A DNA stretch of 64,000 nucleotides from Vicugna vicugna (Eukaryota). Numbering within the stretch: position 1 is the stretch's first letter; each line of letters starts with the position of its first letter. A model generated the notes under the pieces. That model saw only the letters and a program-made list of their open reading frames with translations, was not told where the DNA came from and ran no database searches. Of this stretch, positions 1 through 14,000 are shown one piece after another. Both the position numbers and the translations under genes were made by a program. The stretch spans positions 2,110,001-2,174,000 of the forward strand of contig MU058687.1 in the NCBI GenBank assembly GCA_013265495.1, given 5' to 3'.

Positions 1-7
1 GGTGAGA
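1..7 (+). other. GPATCH2L: Probable last base of GPATCH2L exon 2 plus 5' splice donor (G|GTGAGA)
   Basis: The window starts G|gtgaga. Exon 3 needs two upstream bases (TG+T = Cys in ...SECETSS as recalled for the human protein). The upstream exon is outside the window, so this is inference. Confidence 0.5.
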
Positions 8-759
8 TCTCCCTTACTAAGTCAAAGATTTTCCTGGTTAATTTTAGCCAAAGCACAAGTCCACAGTCTTGATGAATTCAGCCTTCTTCCAAACCATCCA
101 CTGTAGTATTGACTTTGTAGCCCTCCTTTAACCAATCAGGTAGTGTTTATCTCTAGCTTCTTAAAGTACATTCATGAGCCTGTTTCCCTATGTCAAGAAG
201 GCTGTATTTTATAGAAACACATTTGCTTATAGATATTGTTTAAAATGTGTACCTCAAATGCATAATCAGGAGTTTTATCTTAAAAACATTTTGCTGCTCT
301 TTATGCCACGTAGGTCATATGTAGACACTGTTCTTTAAATAGAACCAGGGTCTCAGCAGAGGCTGGTGTGTGTGAGAGAAAACGTGGGTTCCAGGCACGT
401 GGAGTTTGTAAATGTTCCTGGTAAGCTGCCTTTACCCGTGAGGAATCATGGCTTTAGGTATTTCTGGGCTGCAATTCTGTTCTGTGCTACTTACAGTTTG
501 ACTGTATTAAGTTTGCTTTCATGGCTGGCATTCAAGTTGTCTGAACACCTGGTAGGCTTTGAAAATAACAGTGCTGAATCCCATTAGTCTTATACCAAAT
601 GTCATCAAGCCAGAAAAATTTGTCTCTGATGGATGCATGTTTTAAATGTCAGTGTAGTTTTTGGTGACTTTCTATTTTTTGCATCTCAAATAGATAGTCC
701 TCGGAACCTTGATACAGCTTTATACTTTAATATTATTATTAATGTTAATGAGTGATATC

Positions 760-945
760 TTGTTTTTCAATAAGGATGCTGTTGGTGTTTTGGATGGGGC
801 AGTTCTTTGTAGTGAGGGATGTCCTATGTCTTGCAGGATATTTGGCATCCCTACATTGTTCCCACTGCCCTTCATCATAAAAAGCAGATGCTTCCAAGGG
901 TGCTCCCTAGGGTAGGTTGAGTAGTTCCAGTTGAGAACCACAGTA
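760..945. mobile_element. MER20-like fragment
   Basis: tttggcatccct..cagttgagaaccac. Confidence 0.55.
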
Positions 946-964
946 TTCTATTATTGTTAATATT

Positions 965-1190
965 AGTTAGCATTTATTAAGCACTAACTGTGTGCCAGGC
1001 ACTGTACTGTTGTGCAGAACATATATTCTCATTTGATCTTCACACCTTCACTGTCTGGTAGGTAGCACTATTTGTATTTTATAGAAGAGGAAGTAGAGGT
1101 TATGAATGTGTAGATAATTTGCCCAGAGTCACCCAGTAGCAAAACTGGGAATCAGACCTGATTCCAAAGATCATAGTTAACCACCACATT
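965..1190 (-). mobile_element. MIR SINE
   Basis: catttattaagcactaactgtgtgccaggcactg..ttttatagaagaggaa..tttgcccagagtcac. Confidence 0.7.
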
Positions 1191-4100
1191 TTGCCGCTCT
1201 TTGAGCTTGTGTTTTCTGTGGCTCTTTTTCTGTCTCAGCTTAACTTTTATAACTAGAACGGGTGACCTTTCTTAGGACTTTGCTGCTTCTGACGTTCTTC
1301 TGAAAAACAGAGACATAAATCTTAGGAAGTCTGAGGTGAGGCTTTGTCAGTAACAGGAAAGCTGTCCAGGTCTGTATGCTTTTACTTTTAATGGGTGGTT
1401 TTTAATCCAGCTTTAAAAATTGTTTTTGATAACTTTATATTTGCCATTCTGTGCAACTAGGTAGGTTTATAATTCGGCTATCCTGATTTTCCTCTAATAT
1501 ATATTCTAAGGCTGTTTTCCTGATTTATTTGTATAATTTTGGATTATAAAGATTTTTTTTCCGTATCATATTATTTTTAATCAAACAAGAGATGTGTAGT
1601 CAACATACAGCCTTTCACAATACTGAAACCCTCAACTGAGGTATTCACGTTTGTTTCAATATCAAGCTGACATACCAAATAGTAATCACCTTACTGTTAA
1701 GAATGGCAGTTTAAAAAACAGCTTTTTGGGATGATGTTTTTGGATGTGTATCTTTCTTCCCCAGAATTTCTTTTAAACTATGACATAATTGCGTGTAGAG
1801 CAACTGTTAGTTGTCTTTTCTAAGATCACAGCTCAAGTCTGGTTCCAAATGTAGAGCCTGTAATCTTGTAGTTCTAGCCCAGACACATCTGTTGCACACT
1901 ATAATCAGTTGTGATAATATACCTTCTAGTTATCTAAGAGCCTGGATAAATTGAGGTAGGCAGCAATTCTTATGAAATTCTTACTCTTTTCAAGTTGTGG
2001 AGGCTGTTCCCCCATTTTGGCTGTCTCCCTGGCCCATAACTTCAGAGTTCTTTCAAGGAACCAGAGTTCTTTGGTGGACATCAAAGTCCTTGTAGCTGTG
2101 AGGGAATAATGAATGGAGTAGTAGCAGATATAGTAGAGTGAGAAAAATTCTTCTTAGAATCTAATTATTTAAGAGTCTTAAATTTGCCTTGACTTAACGC
2201 TGATTCGTCTGCAGTTACAAACAGAAGTGTTTTGTATTTTTCTTCCCCCTAAATGTACTCTGTGGGGAAAGAAGATTGTTTCTTATTCTTTGACTGCATA
2301 TTGTGTTCAGCCTGTCAACAGTAAAGTGGAACTAAAATCTCTGCCCTGGATTATTAAGCACACCTTATAAACAGGACTAGCATTAGAGTATGCTTAAGTA
2401 GGTAATAGTTTATGATTTAGATATTATACTGTCTTGGTGAGTTGATGCTGTCAAAATTTTCACACTTTTTTTACATTAAAAGAAATACTTTCAAGAATCC
2501 TCTTGGTTATTGCTCTTTCATAAATCTGCTTGGATGTGCCAGTTTATTTGCATACAGATCAAAGTGGAGAGTTTTACTTTTTATCGGTGATATGGAGGAT
2601 TGTCAAGTATGTGCTCCAACTTATAAAATTATTAGAATGGAGTTGATAAAGAAGCTTTATTTCGCCTAGTCAATGGATAGAGTTCTTTTAAAAAGCATGT
2701 GTTAGGTGTTTTAGGTTTGAAATTTATGTCTCAATCAGCAGGCTTTATTTCTGCCTAGTGAACAGAGTAGTTTTAAGCTTAACCAATAATTCTTTTTGCT
2801 TTTCTCTCTCTGTTCTTCCTTCAGTTCTATACCAACCAATCTCTCAAGAGTTCTGAGGAACTGAAAGTTTATGATGTAATAGTTTTTTGTTGCCTACAAA
2901 AAGTTCAGTTATTATTTCAATGTTTTTCTGTGCATGTGTGTTCCATTCTAAAATGAAACAATTCTTTTGTAAAATTACTTTCTACTAATCTTTATTCAAA
3001 TTGTGTATATAGTGACAATTATGTGAGTCATAGCCTAATATTACTGTTTTTCACTTACACATCATTCATCTGTTCCCCTTGAATATAGTTTAGCTTCTTT
3101 TTTTTAAAATAGTGAATTGGTTTGGTGATGTCCTGAAGTTACACTTAGGAGCCTTCCTGAGGTGATGTATTAGAAGCGGATCTCACAGGGAAGAAAATAT
3201 TCCCTTCTCTTGGAAGCCAAGTGACAGAGATAGAGTGCTAAACCTTCCCCCTCCTTCTCTAGCTCAAGCTGACCTTCTGCGGCCCCTTGGTGCCTCTTGT
3301 TTTCTTATTTTTATAGAAAATCAATATCCCTTCTGACACAAACAATAGCTCAGTAGCAAGAATAAATGGGAGAAAGCTGAAATCTCTGTCCATCACCTCT
3401 CACTTTAACTCCCCCAAACTCTTTAATTATGAGCGTGCTTTGCTCCAGGTGTTTGTGACAGTGAAATTGCTAAATGAGGACCATTTTAACCAAAGATTGG
3501 GTGATCAATAACACTCTATAGCAGAAGCTTGTTGGATCAATAGCATTCATTATTTCATGGTTAAGGTAAGTAGCCTCCTTTGCAAGTGGAGGTCATTAAT
3601 CAGGGGTTACTGGAGCTGTGGAAAAGAAGATATGTGGTAGGTTGAGGTTGTTCAGTTTTCTGTTCTGTAAATTGGGATGCTGACCAAGAGGATATTTACC
3701 ATTGTTGCATATTGCACTACTGCATTTTAGAGTATTGAATAGCCAGCATAGTGTGCTTATATAGAATTATTCAAAGCTCTGCTATTTCATCTTTAGGAAC
3801 AACTGAAAAAGACAACTTGGGAGGTGGATTTGATACTATCGTGTTTGAAGATCTGTCTCTTGAAAGAAATGTTAGGATTATTCTGTGACTCCAGAGGACT
3901 AGGAGTCATAGAAAGTACAGAGAGTAAATGTTGTCTCAGTGTAAAATACAACATTCTAAAAATTAGAACTCTGTAAAAATGAAGTGAGTTGTTTTACCGG
4001 GTAGTGAGTTCTAGATCACTGGAGGGATTCAAGCCTGGGCTTGAAACCACTTACTGAGTTATTGTAGAGTTGAAGAGGTTGAACTGAAAGACCTCTCAGG

Positions 4101-4869
4101 TCCCTTGCAACACTGAGATTCTGGAATTCTTTTCAGTCACAACCTCCTTCCCATCATTGTAATTTTATATTTTAAAAAGCATCTGATAAGCAGCCTCAGC
4201 TGCCCCCTAAAATACTTAAGAAGACAAAATACTACACACTCACATTGCCAGGAACCAGGACTTACAGTTGGCTTATTGCCAATATCTCCTCAAACTCCAG
4301 TTCTGACAGAACTGCACTGGAGAGTGGTTGGAAGCCATAGCAGCAGTGCTGAGCCTACCCTGAAGGTAGGCAGTGAGACCCTACAACCTTTGTAGTCAGC
4401 CCTTAGTTTGGAAATGCAAGGTCCAGTTAAGTCAGAAAATAAGGCAGCTACAGTTTAAGCCAGAGTGTTGTTCCAACCTTTACTTCCCAATCAGTATCTT
4501 TTAGTTTCTGTTTGGAGGCTGTAACTCTCATAATATACTTGGGTGGGGAATCGTAGTGTTTTCTGTGTGTGTTTGTGTTTGAGGATAGGAGACAATACAC
4601 TCAATAGTGTATTGAGTCCTGGGAAACACAGTCTCCAAGAGTAGTTTACTGTTGGCATGGACAGAGAAGGAAAAAACGCTCTTAGTAGTAGCGCATTCTG
4701 GAAACTGTGGTATTTTATATACCTTCATTTGTTACAGACTCCTGGAATGGGGTCAGAATCAGGCAGTGAGTGTGAGAAGATCCTGACTCAGTCCAACACA
4801 GCTTTATGAGATGAAGCCTACCAGTGACACTGAGAAGTAGGCTCCTCTTGGCCAGTTGTAGATGAGAGA

Positions 4870-5820
4870 AGAGCATGTTACATATCCAGGGGAGTAGAGA
4901 ATGAGACCAAGGGTAATTTACATACCCTTTCTGTTGGCAGATACCTCAACAAGAGGCCCTTGAACAGGTTCTGCAGAATAAGGGAAAGGGAACATCGTTC
5001 TGAATGTTCAGAGGAAGAGCACATCTTTGAAAACGACTGGTAGTGGAAATGAGAAGAGCATTTTAGAACATCTTCATTAGGAGGCAAGGAGATCTAATCA
5101 CTTTGAAACAGGAGCAGTAAGTCAGAAGGACAGGAAGATAGCTAGTTGAAAACCCAGTAGTATGGGAGGGAAAATTGTAGGAAAATTTGAAATGTAATTG
5201 TAATGTTAAAATGAAGGACAATTCATTCTGCAGAAAATTGAATTGATGATGTAGAAAACCTTGGAAGCCCTCCCAAAATGCACAGAGTGGATAAAAATGA
5301 AAGAGAAAGTGACAGATCTGGAGGACAGAAAATAGAGGCACAGTCGGCAAGTATGTGAACATTCCCAAGGAAGAAACCAAAGCATTGGGATAGAAGAATG
5401 CTTTTGAAACTGTAACTGAAGAGAAAACATGTTCCTGGGTGGAAAAAATCTAGTGTGTAGATTAAAAGGGAAAACTGAGAAGAGACCTCTACCTAGATAT
5501 ATTTGGGCAGTAGTTTTGCATTCTACATTGGTAGGAGTGGAGCAGTTATAAAGAAAAATCTTAAAGGGGATGAAAATAAGATTAGCATTTATCCCTATAG
5601 CACTAAATGTGAGGGGCTATAGATTTGCTTGTAGAGTTTTGAGGGGGGAGATGTTTCCTTCCCCTACCTACACCCCCAATTTTATATATAGCTAAGACAT
5701 TTCATATGGAAAGACACCAGAAAAACATTCTGAGATATTCAGGTCTCAGAATATATGCTTTTTAGAAATTTGCTCTGAAAAGACATTTCATCTAACTGAG
5801 GATGAATCTCTGTTAGCTCG
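4870..5820 (+). mobile_element. Ancient L1M/HAL1 ORF1-like relic
   Basis: Purine-rich; degenerate ORF1-like phrases (gatctggaggacaga, acctagatatattt, tatatatagctaag). Confidence 0.45.
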
Positions 5821-6694
5821 AAGAGGAGGTAAGTCTTAAAAGGAAGAGTGGACCTTTCTAAGGCGTACTCTGCTCAGTAGCAGAGTCCTGACAAAAATCA
5901 TTGTCTCTGATTGCAGCGGCCGTGCAGATGAACCTGTGGAACTAGAGAGGTTGCTGCCTTCTGTCATGGTGCCGTCTGAATGAAACTGAAAAACGCCTTC
6001 GTTATACATTCTTATAACTTATTATGGGGATCATTTTATACTTGATGTAAAATATTTCTCTGAAAAACCTGCCCCTCAGTCATATTTACTTTTGGAATCA
6101 GAAGTCTGATTACATATAATTACAAATATGCCACTTCAGTCCAGGAAAATGAAGGAAAAAAGTTGAGCAGAGGTGTTTCAGGTGATAGGTCTAGGAGTGA
6201 CCTTTCTGTTTTCCTGAATTCTAAAACAATTTAAAATTTTTAAAAAACGTATTATTATTTAATAAAAAAAATTAAATTGAAAACCCCTTATTTTTTAGCA
6301 TGATTACATAAGCCATTAACTACCCTGCTTGTTTCTTTTAAAATTAGATGTAAAAGATACTTCTTAGTTAAGCTACTTAGTTAAGAATCTTAAATGGGGG
6401 AGAAACCCAGGTGGTAAGTTACTGATACCGACTTTTGATTATAGAAGTTAAACTAATTCTGTACCTCCTTACTGTATACACTACGTAGGTATACACTACT
6501 CTCATTCAGTTCTAAATTTACAGCCTTCTGTGGTTAAGAATCTGAAAGAATTAGCAAGTTCTCAGGCCAGAGGACAGCTGTGTTTTTTCCTCCCAATTAC
6601 GGAAATTCAGAGAGATTTCTCTTATTGAAATTAGAAGCTTCTCACTAGGGTTAGAAATGAGGGAATTATTTTCAAAAAAAGAATTCATAAAGAT

Positions 6695-7217
6695 GCTGTA
6701 TTATCTGCTGCTGCAGAAAAAATTGCCCCTAAAACTTACTAGCTTTATAAAACATTTATAATCTTACAGTTGAAGTTAGGAATTTGGGAGCAGCTTAGCT
6801 GCCTGCCTCTGGTTCAGGGTCTCTCATACTGCTGCTGTCAGACTGTGCTACAGTTGTCTCAAGGCTTGTCTTAGGCTGAGGAACCCACTTCCAAGCTCAC
6901 TCACAGGGCTGTTTGCAGATTTTATTTCCTTATAGGCTGTTGCATTGAGAGTCTCAGTTCCTTTCCAAGTGGGCCCCTCTAGAGGGCTGTTAGTGTCCTC
7001 AAGGTGCAGGGGTTGGCTTCCCCTAAAGCGAATGGTCTGAGAGAGACAGTGAGCTCCCACTCAAGTGCCCAAGATGGTAGCCATAGGCTTTTATAACTTA
7101 GTCTTAGAAGTGACATACCATTGATCTGCCTGTGCTTTGGTCACACAGGCCAACCAGGGTGAGAAATACCAAGAGGCTGGGATCATTGGGAGTCATCTGG
7201 GAGTCTGGCCACTGCAG
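6695..7217. mobile_element. MaLR solo LTR (MLT1-like)
   Basis: tgtatt..cccctaaaactta..ggaatttgggagcagcttagct..cacttccaagctcactca..ggatcattgggag motifs. Confidence 0.75.
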
Positions 7218-7789
7218 GTGGCTAATGGCCTTCTGAAAATTTTTCTAACTTAGTGTGAAGCTGAATTCAAAAATGGTTTTCTCAGAGTAATATTAATTTC
7301 TCCAGAACTTACTAGGAGAATGTTTTTATTTTGATTTCAAAGGAAGGGCATTCAGGAACTATAAAGACAAGCAAAGTATAGATCCCTGAGAGTATATTTT
7401 GTTGTATTTTAAGTATACTGAAGATGAATGTTAATTTTTAAAATTTAAGATATGGTATTAAAGGGGAGAGCTTCTTTCTGAAGTGAGTTTGTAATGTTCA
7501 GCATGTCTGATGCATTTTTAGCTGATAAGCAGTAGCAGTCAAAGCACAGCTAGAGTTTCAGCTGTGTGAATGTTTTAAGTAGCAGAAAGCAAAGAAATTG
7601 TCTTTCCCTAGTTAAGTTAATGTGTGTGCATTTTCAGGAGAATAAGAATGAGAATGAGAAGCACTGAAATTCCTAAGTATCTCATGAGTAGAGAAACAAG
7701 AGGTTGAGGTTTAGTAAATGAGGTGGGTCTCTGCATCACCTGTGTTTTAGTGGCCATTCAGTGAGCACATGTGCTTTGGAAATAACAGT

Positions 7790-7970
7790 ACCCTGACTCT
7801 GATGCTTATTTTCTGTGCAGTGTTGGGCAAGTCGCTTAACCTCCTTAAGCCTCATTCCTTCATCTGTAATGTGAGGTTAACATAGTTACCCCATAGTAGA
7901 GGAAATGAAATAATGCATATAAAGCACTTAGTACTTTGGCCTATAGTGGAACTCAGTAAATATTACTAGT
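7790..7970 (+). mobile_element. MIR SINE
   Basis: ttgggcaagtcgcttaacctc..aagcctca..catctgtaa..taaagcactta. Confidence 0.75.
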
Positions 7971-8910
7971 ACAATAAATAATAGTAGCCTTCTATATTAA
8001 TAGTTTTCTGTATTCATAATTTTCCTAATAATTCAAGAACCAAACCCCTTCTTGAGACGCTTGTTTAGATACCTGCTGAGAGCGGTGTTTCCCTCTCTTG
8101 GGTGAAACCCAGGGCAGGAAGAATGCTAGATTTCATAGGCCACGTACTCATTTTCCATTAAAGTGAAAACAGATTTGAGTCCCATAGAATTTTTTTAGAT
8201 TGAGGTATAATTGAAAGTCCCATAGAATTTAGATTACTATTTTAATAAGAATGCTAGTGAGGGAATTACTACTATTAGCCTCTAAAATAATAATGTTTGG
8301 GAATACACAAGAATTGTCACCCTAGAAGGAGCTTTTGAATCTTTCGTCCTTTGCTTTTGTGTAATAGCCCTAGAGTCCACAGGGTGGTTTCACATGCCTC
8401 ACATCGTGTCCTCAGAACAATACATCCATGTTTTATGTACATGGAAATAGGATTAGAGAGGTGCAGTGACATGACACAAAGACCATACGAGGGGAGGCAA
8501 CAGAGCTGATTTGAACGAGGTCATTCCATTTACATAACGTTTACCGAATGCCTGTTGTGTGCCAGACGCTGAGGTGAGCAAGATAACTTCCTTACCCCCC
8601 AGCCTGGATCTCTCTCTTCCATGGCTATAGGATGTTCTTCCTGCCTGGGCTAGGCAGAGAAGGGTGATTTCTACAACTCCTGAGTAGTTTCAGTTGTACC
8701 ATTTTGCCTGAAGGTCCAACTACCTGGTGGAACCTGCAGGCCTCAGACTGTTTGGGGCCCTGGCCGAGCCCTGGCAATGGACTGACGTTGCTTCTATGGG
8801 AAGTTGACCTGCCAGCAGAAGTACACAGGCTCCTCTCCTCCTCCGAAGTGTTTCCCTTTAACATGATGCGCTGCCACCTTCATCCCTCCACTTTGCTCAT
8901 CACTCTAGAT

Positions 8911-9171
8911 GAGGATTCTCACCTCTGACACTACTGACATTTTGAGGCCAGATATTTCTCTGTTGTGGGGCGTCCTGTGCATTGTAGAATGTTTATTAGC
9001 AGCATCCCTGGCCTCTACCCACTAGATGCCAGTAGAATACCAGCTCCCTCACCCTCGCACCAAGTCCTGACAAAACATTTTCCAGATATTGCCAAGTGAC
9101 CCTGAAGGCTGGGGTGAGGTGGGGGAGGGTGCAAAAAGGGGGACAAAAATGCCTCCTTTTGAGAACCACTG
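8911..9171. mobile_element. MER20-like hAT MITE
   Basis: Ends gaggattctca / tgagaaccactg; TSD ctctagat / ctgtagat; internal agcatccctggcctctacccactagatgccagtag. Confidence 0.85.
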
Positions 9172-11048
9172 CTGTAGATGTTTTTGGTACTGAGATTTGG
9201 TTTTTACTTCACTGACTCTGCTTTTATCAACAAGCATGAGTTTCAAATTAGAGAACTCAGAAAGACCAAAACATTGATCTCTTCTATAGAATTAAAATAC
9301 GTGGTTTAAAAATTGAGAATTTTTTCTAATTTGAAAATAATACCTTTTGGTTGCTCCTCAAAAGGGCAGGCAATTCATTTTTAGAAATTGGGAAGAAGAG
9401 CAGTTTAGATGAAAACATTCAAAATTTTGTACCAGGTTTACAATGCTTAGCTAACTTTTTGCCCTGGGATTACTTAAGTGGATACGAGGTTATTAGGCTT
9501 GATTCCTTTGATAATCTGCTCCTCTGAAAATGGATGCCATGCCCAATCGTCTGGTCTACCTAGAGTGCCTTGAATTACGGAGATGCTCAGGTGAAGTTAG
9601 ATGGATGAATATATGATAAATCAAAAAAAAAAAACCCAAAAAACAAAGTGTTAGTCACAATATCTAGATAATGGACTGTGGGTTGTAGCTAACTTCTTTC
9701 AATTTTTTTGTATGCTTGAAAGTTTTCATAGTTGTTGGGAGAGGAAGGCCTCTGGAACTGCTGGTTAGGCTGACTTTCTTTACACTTAAGTTATTTCAGT
9801 TGAATGTGGATATGGTTCCATTGCTTATAACAATGTTACAATAATTAGGTAACACAATTAATTGGTAGTCCAAAATCTAGGCTTTAATTTTGTCTTATTT
9901 AAATGGTGGCTATGCTGTTGAATTGTGGGAACATTTTTAAATGAAAACCGTTATAGAGAAGTGTGATGTATTATTACTGTTTTTACTCACATATGAATAT
10001 TTATGAGACATTTTCTGGCTTCTAAAATGGAATGATTTTCTCAGTATTACAAGGTTAAATTCTAGACTTGCACCACACCTTATTTGGAGAATTTTCTTCA
10101 TTGGAAAGCATTTTTCTTTCTACATTTTCACCCTCTTCCCTCATAGTCTAGAACAAGTTTCTTATACAGTGTGTGCATTTAATTTGTGATTGACATACTT
10201 CTTTGTTAGTTTTAGTGCTGGTTATAGCAGTGTCTGGTATACAGTAAAACTTAATAAATGCTTACTAAGTGAATGAGTGAGCATTTAGGAGAAATGGTGG
10301 GGAAATCCTCCTCCTTTTCTCGTTAGAGACTTTTTATTGCCCCAGTTTAGGATGGAATATTTTTGAATGATGTTTAAACTATTTGTAGGGTTAATACATT
10401 TCTACTTGAAAATATTTCAGAATATTCTATAAAGTTTTTTTCTATGTAAACTTTATATTAGAATCATGGGAGAACAGAGAGTACAGAACAGCTTCCCAAG
10501 CAAAGACAGGAGGCATGGGGGCCTCTAGGAGTTGCTGCCATTTTAGGAAAGGACAAGATTTCATTACCTGCTGTCTTTGTGGGCTTTGTCTTGTTACTTT
10601 TCCTGAAAATTCATAAAAGCTGAGTTTCTGTCTTCCTGACTAGACAGGAAGCTAGCTTGCTGACAAGCTTCAGAGGATGATATTAGAGTGGACACTAGAG
10701 GTAGGAGCACATTTTTTTTTTTTACATTTTTATTGATTCATAATCATTTTACAGTGTTGTGTCAAATTCCAGTGTTCAGTACAATTTTTCAGTCATACAT
10801 GGACATATACACACTCATTGTCACATTTTTTTCTCTGTGATTTATCATAACATTTTGTGTATATTTCCCTGTGCTATACAGTGTAATCTTGTTTATCTGT
10901 TCTACAATTTTGAAATCCCAGTCTATCCCTTCCCACCCTCTACCCCGCGCCCCCACCCCGGTAACCACAAGTCTGTATTCTCTGTCCATGAGTCCATTTC
11001 TGTCCTGTATTTATGCTTTGTTTTTGTTTGTTTGTTTGTTTTTGTTTT

Positions 11049-14000
11049 TTAGATTCCACATATGAGCGATCTCATATGGTATTTTTCTTTCTCTTTCTGG
11101 CTTACTTCACTTAGAATGACATTCTCTAGGAGCATCCATGTTGCTGCAAATGGCATTATGTTGTCGGTTTTTATGGCTGAGTAGTATTCCATTGTATAAA
11201 TATACCACATCTTCTTTATCCAGTCACCTGTTGATGGACATTTAGGCTGTTTCCATGTTTTGGCTATTGTAAATAGTGCTGCTATGAACATTGGGGTGCA
11301 GGTGTCATCCTGAAGTAGATTTCCTTCTGGGTACAAGCCCAGGAGTGGGATTCCTGGGTCATATGGTAAGTCTATTCCTAGTCTTTTGAGGAATCTCCAC
11401 ACTGTTTTCCATAGTGGCTGCACCAAACTGCATTCCCACCAGCAGTGTAGGAGGGTTCCCCTTTCTCCACAGCCTCTCCAGCATTTGTCATTTTTGGATT
11501 TTTGAATGACGGCCATTCTGACTGGTGTGAGGTGATACCTCATTGTAGTTTTGATTTGCATTTCTCTGATAATTAGTGATATTGAACATTTTTTCATGTG
11601 CTTTTTGATCATTTGTATGTCTTCCTTGGAGAATTGCTTGTTTAGGTCTTCTGCCCATTTTTGGATTGGGTTGTTTATTTTTTTCTTATTGAGTCGTATG
11701 AGCTGCTTATATATTTTGGAGATCAAGCCTTTGTCGGTTTCACTTGCAAAAATTTTCTCCCATTCCGTAGGTTTTCTTCTTGTTTTATTTCTGGTTTCCT
11801 TTGCTCTGCAGAAGCTTGTAAGTTTCATTAGGTCCCATTTGTTTATTCTTGCTTTTATTTCTTCTAGGAGAAAATTTTTGAAATGTATGTCAGATAATGT
11901 TTTGCCTATGTTTTCCTCTAGGAGGTTTATTGTATCTTGTCTTATGTTTAAGTCTTTAATCCATTTTGAGTTGATTTTTGTATATGGTGTAAGGGTGTGT
12001 TCTAGCTTCATTGTTTTACATGCTGCTGTCCAGTTTTCCCAACACCATTTGCTGAAGAGACTGTCTTTATTCCATTGTATATTCTTGCCTCCTTTGTCGA
12101 AGATGAGTTGACCAAAAGTTTGTGGGTTCATTTCTGGGCTCTCTATTCTGTTCCATTGGTCTATATGTCTGTTTTGGTACCAATACCATGCTGTCTTGAT
12201 GACTGTAGCTCTATAGTATTGTCTGAAGTCTGGGAGAGTTATTCCTCCAGCCTCTTTCTTTCTCTTCAGTAATGCTTTAGCAATTCTAGGTCTTTGATGG
12301 TTCCATATAAATTTTATTATGATTTGTTCTAGTTCTGTGAAATATGTCCTGGGTAATTGGATAGGGATTGCATTAAATCTGTAGATTGCCTTGGGCAGTG
12401 TGACCATTTTAACAATATTGATTCTTCCAATCCAAGAGCATGGAATATCTTTCCATTTTTTAAAGTCTTCTTTAATTTCCTTCATCAATGGTTTATAGTT
12501 TTCTGTGTATAATTCTTTCACCTCCTTGGTTAGATTTATTCCCAGATATTTTATTACTTTGGGTGCTATTTTAAAGGGGATTGTTTCTTTACTTTCTTTT
12601 TCTGTTGATTTATCGTTAGTGTAAAGAAAGGCAACTGATTTTTGAACATTAATTTTGTAACCTGCTACCTTGCTGAATTCTTCGATCAGCTCTAGTAGCT
12701 TTTTTGTGGACCTTTTAGGGTTTTCTATATATAGTAACATGTCGTCAGCATATAATGACACTTTTACCTCTTCTTTTCCAATTTGGATCCCTTTTATTTC
12801 TTTCTCTTGCCTGATTGCTGTGGCTAGGACTTCCAGGACTATGTTGAATAGGAGTGGTGATAGTGGGCATCCTTGTCTTGTCCCAGATTTTAGTGGGAAG
12901 CTTTTGAGTTTTTCACCGTTGAGAACTATGCTGGCTGTAGGTTTGTCATATATAGCTTTTATTATGTTGAGATATGTTCCCTCTATACCCACTTTGGCGA
13001 GAGTTTTTATCATAAATGGGTGTTGAATTTTATCAAATGCTTTTTCTGCATCGATTGAGATGATCATGTGGTTTTTGTCCTTTCTCTTGTTGATGTGATG
13101 TATTACATTGATTGATTTGCGTATGTTGAACCAGCCTTGTGTCCCTGGGATGAACCCCACTTGGTCATGATGTATAATCTTTTTTATGTGTTGTTGGATT
13201 CTATTTGCTAAAATTTTGGTGAGGATTTTGGCGTCTATGTTCATCAGTGATATTGGCCTATAATTCTCTTTTTTTGTAGTGTCTTTGCCTGGTTTTGGTA
13301 TCAGGGTGATGGTGGCTTCATAGAATGAGTTTGGGAGTATTCCCTCCTTTTCAATCGTCTGGAAGAGTTTGAGAAGGACTGGTATGAGTTCTTCTTTGTA
13401 TGTTTGGTAGAATTCCCCGGTGAAGCCATCCGGTCCTGGACTTTTATTTGTAGGGAGGTTTTTAATTGCTATTTCTATTTCCTTTCTAGTGATCGGATTG
13501 TTCAAGTGTTCAGTTTCTTCTTGATTCAGTTTTGGTGGACAGTATGTTTCCAGAAACTTGTCCATCTCCTCTAGGTTATCCAGTTTGGTTCCATATAGTT
13601 TTTCATAATATTCTCGTATGATATTCTGTATTTCTATTTTGTTTGTTGTAATTTCTCCATTTTCCTTTCTTATTTTGCTAATTTGTGCTCTCTCTTTTTT
13701 CTTCTTTGTGAGTTTGGCCAGAGGTTTGTCGATTTTATTTACTTTTTCAAAAAACCAGCTTTTGGTTTGGTTGATTTTTTCTATGGTCTTGTTAATCTCT
13801 ATTGTATTTAATTCCTCTCTGATCTTTATTATTTCCTTCCTTCTGCTGCTTTTTGGGGCTTTTTGTTCTTCTTTTTCTAATTGATTCAGGTGGTGGGTTA
13901 ACTTGTTTATTTGAGATTGTTCTTCTTTTTTGAGGAAGGCCTGTATCGCTATAAACTTCCCTCTTAGCACTGCCTTTGCTGTGTCCCATAGGTTTTGAGT

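Noticed and set aside
5867..5886. 8-bp hairpin actctgct-cagt-agcagagt, and nearby consensus donor GAG|GTAAGT at 5829
   Set aside because: About one such stem per loop size is expected in 64 kb; no convincing exon could be paired with the donor.
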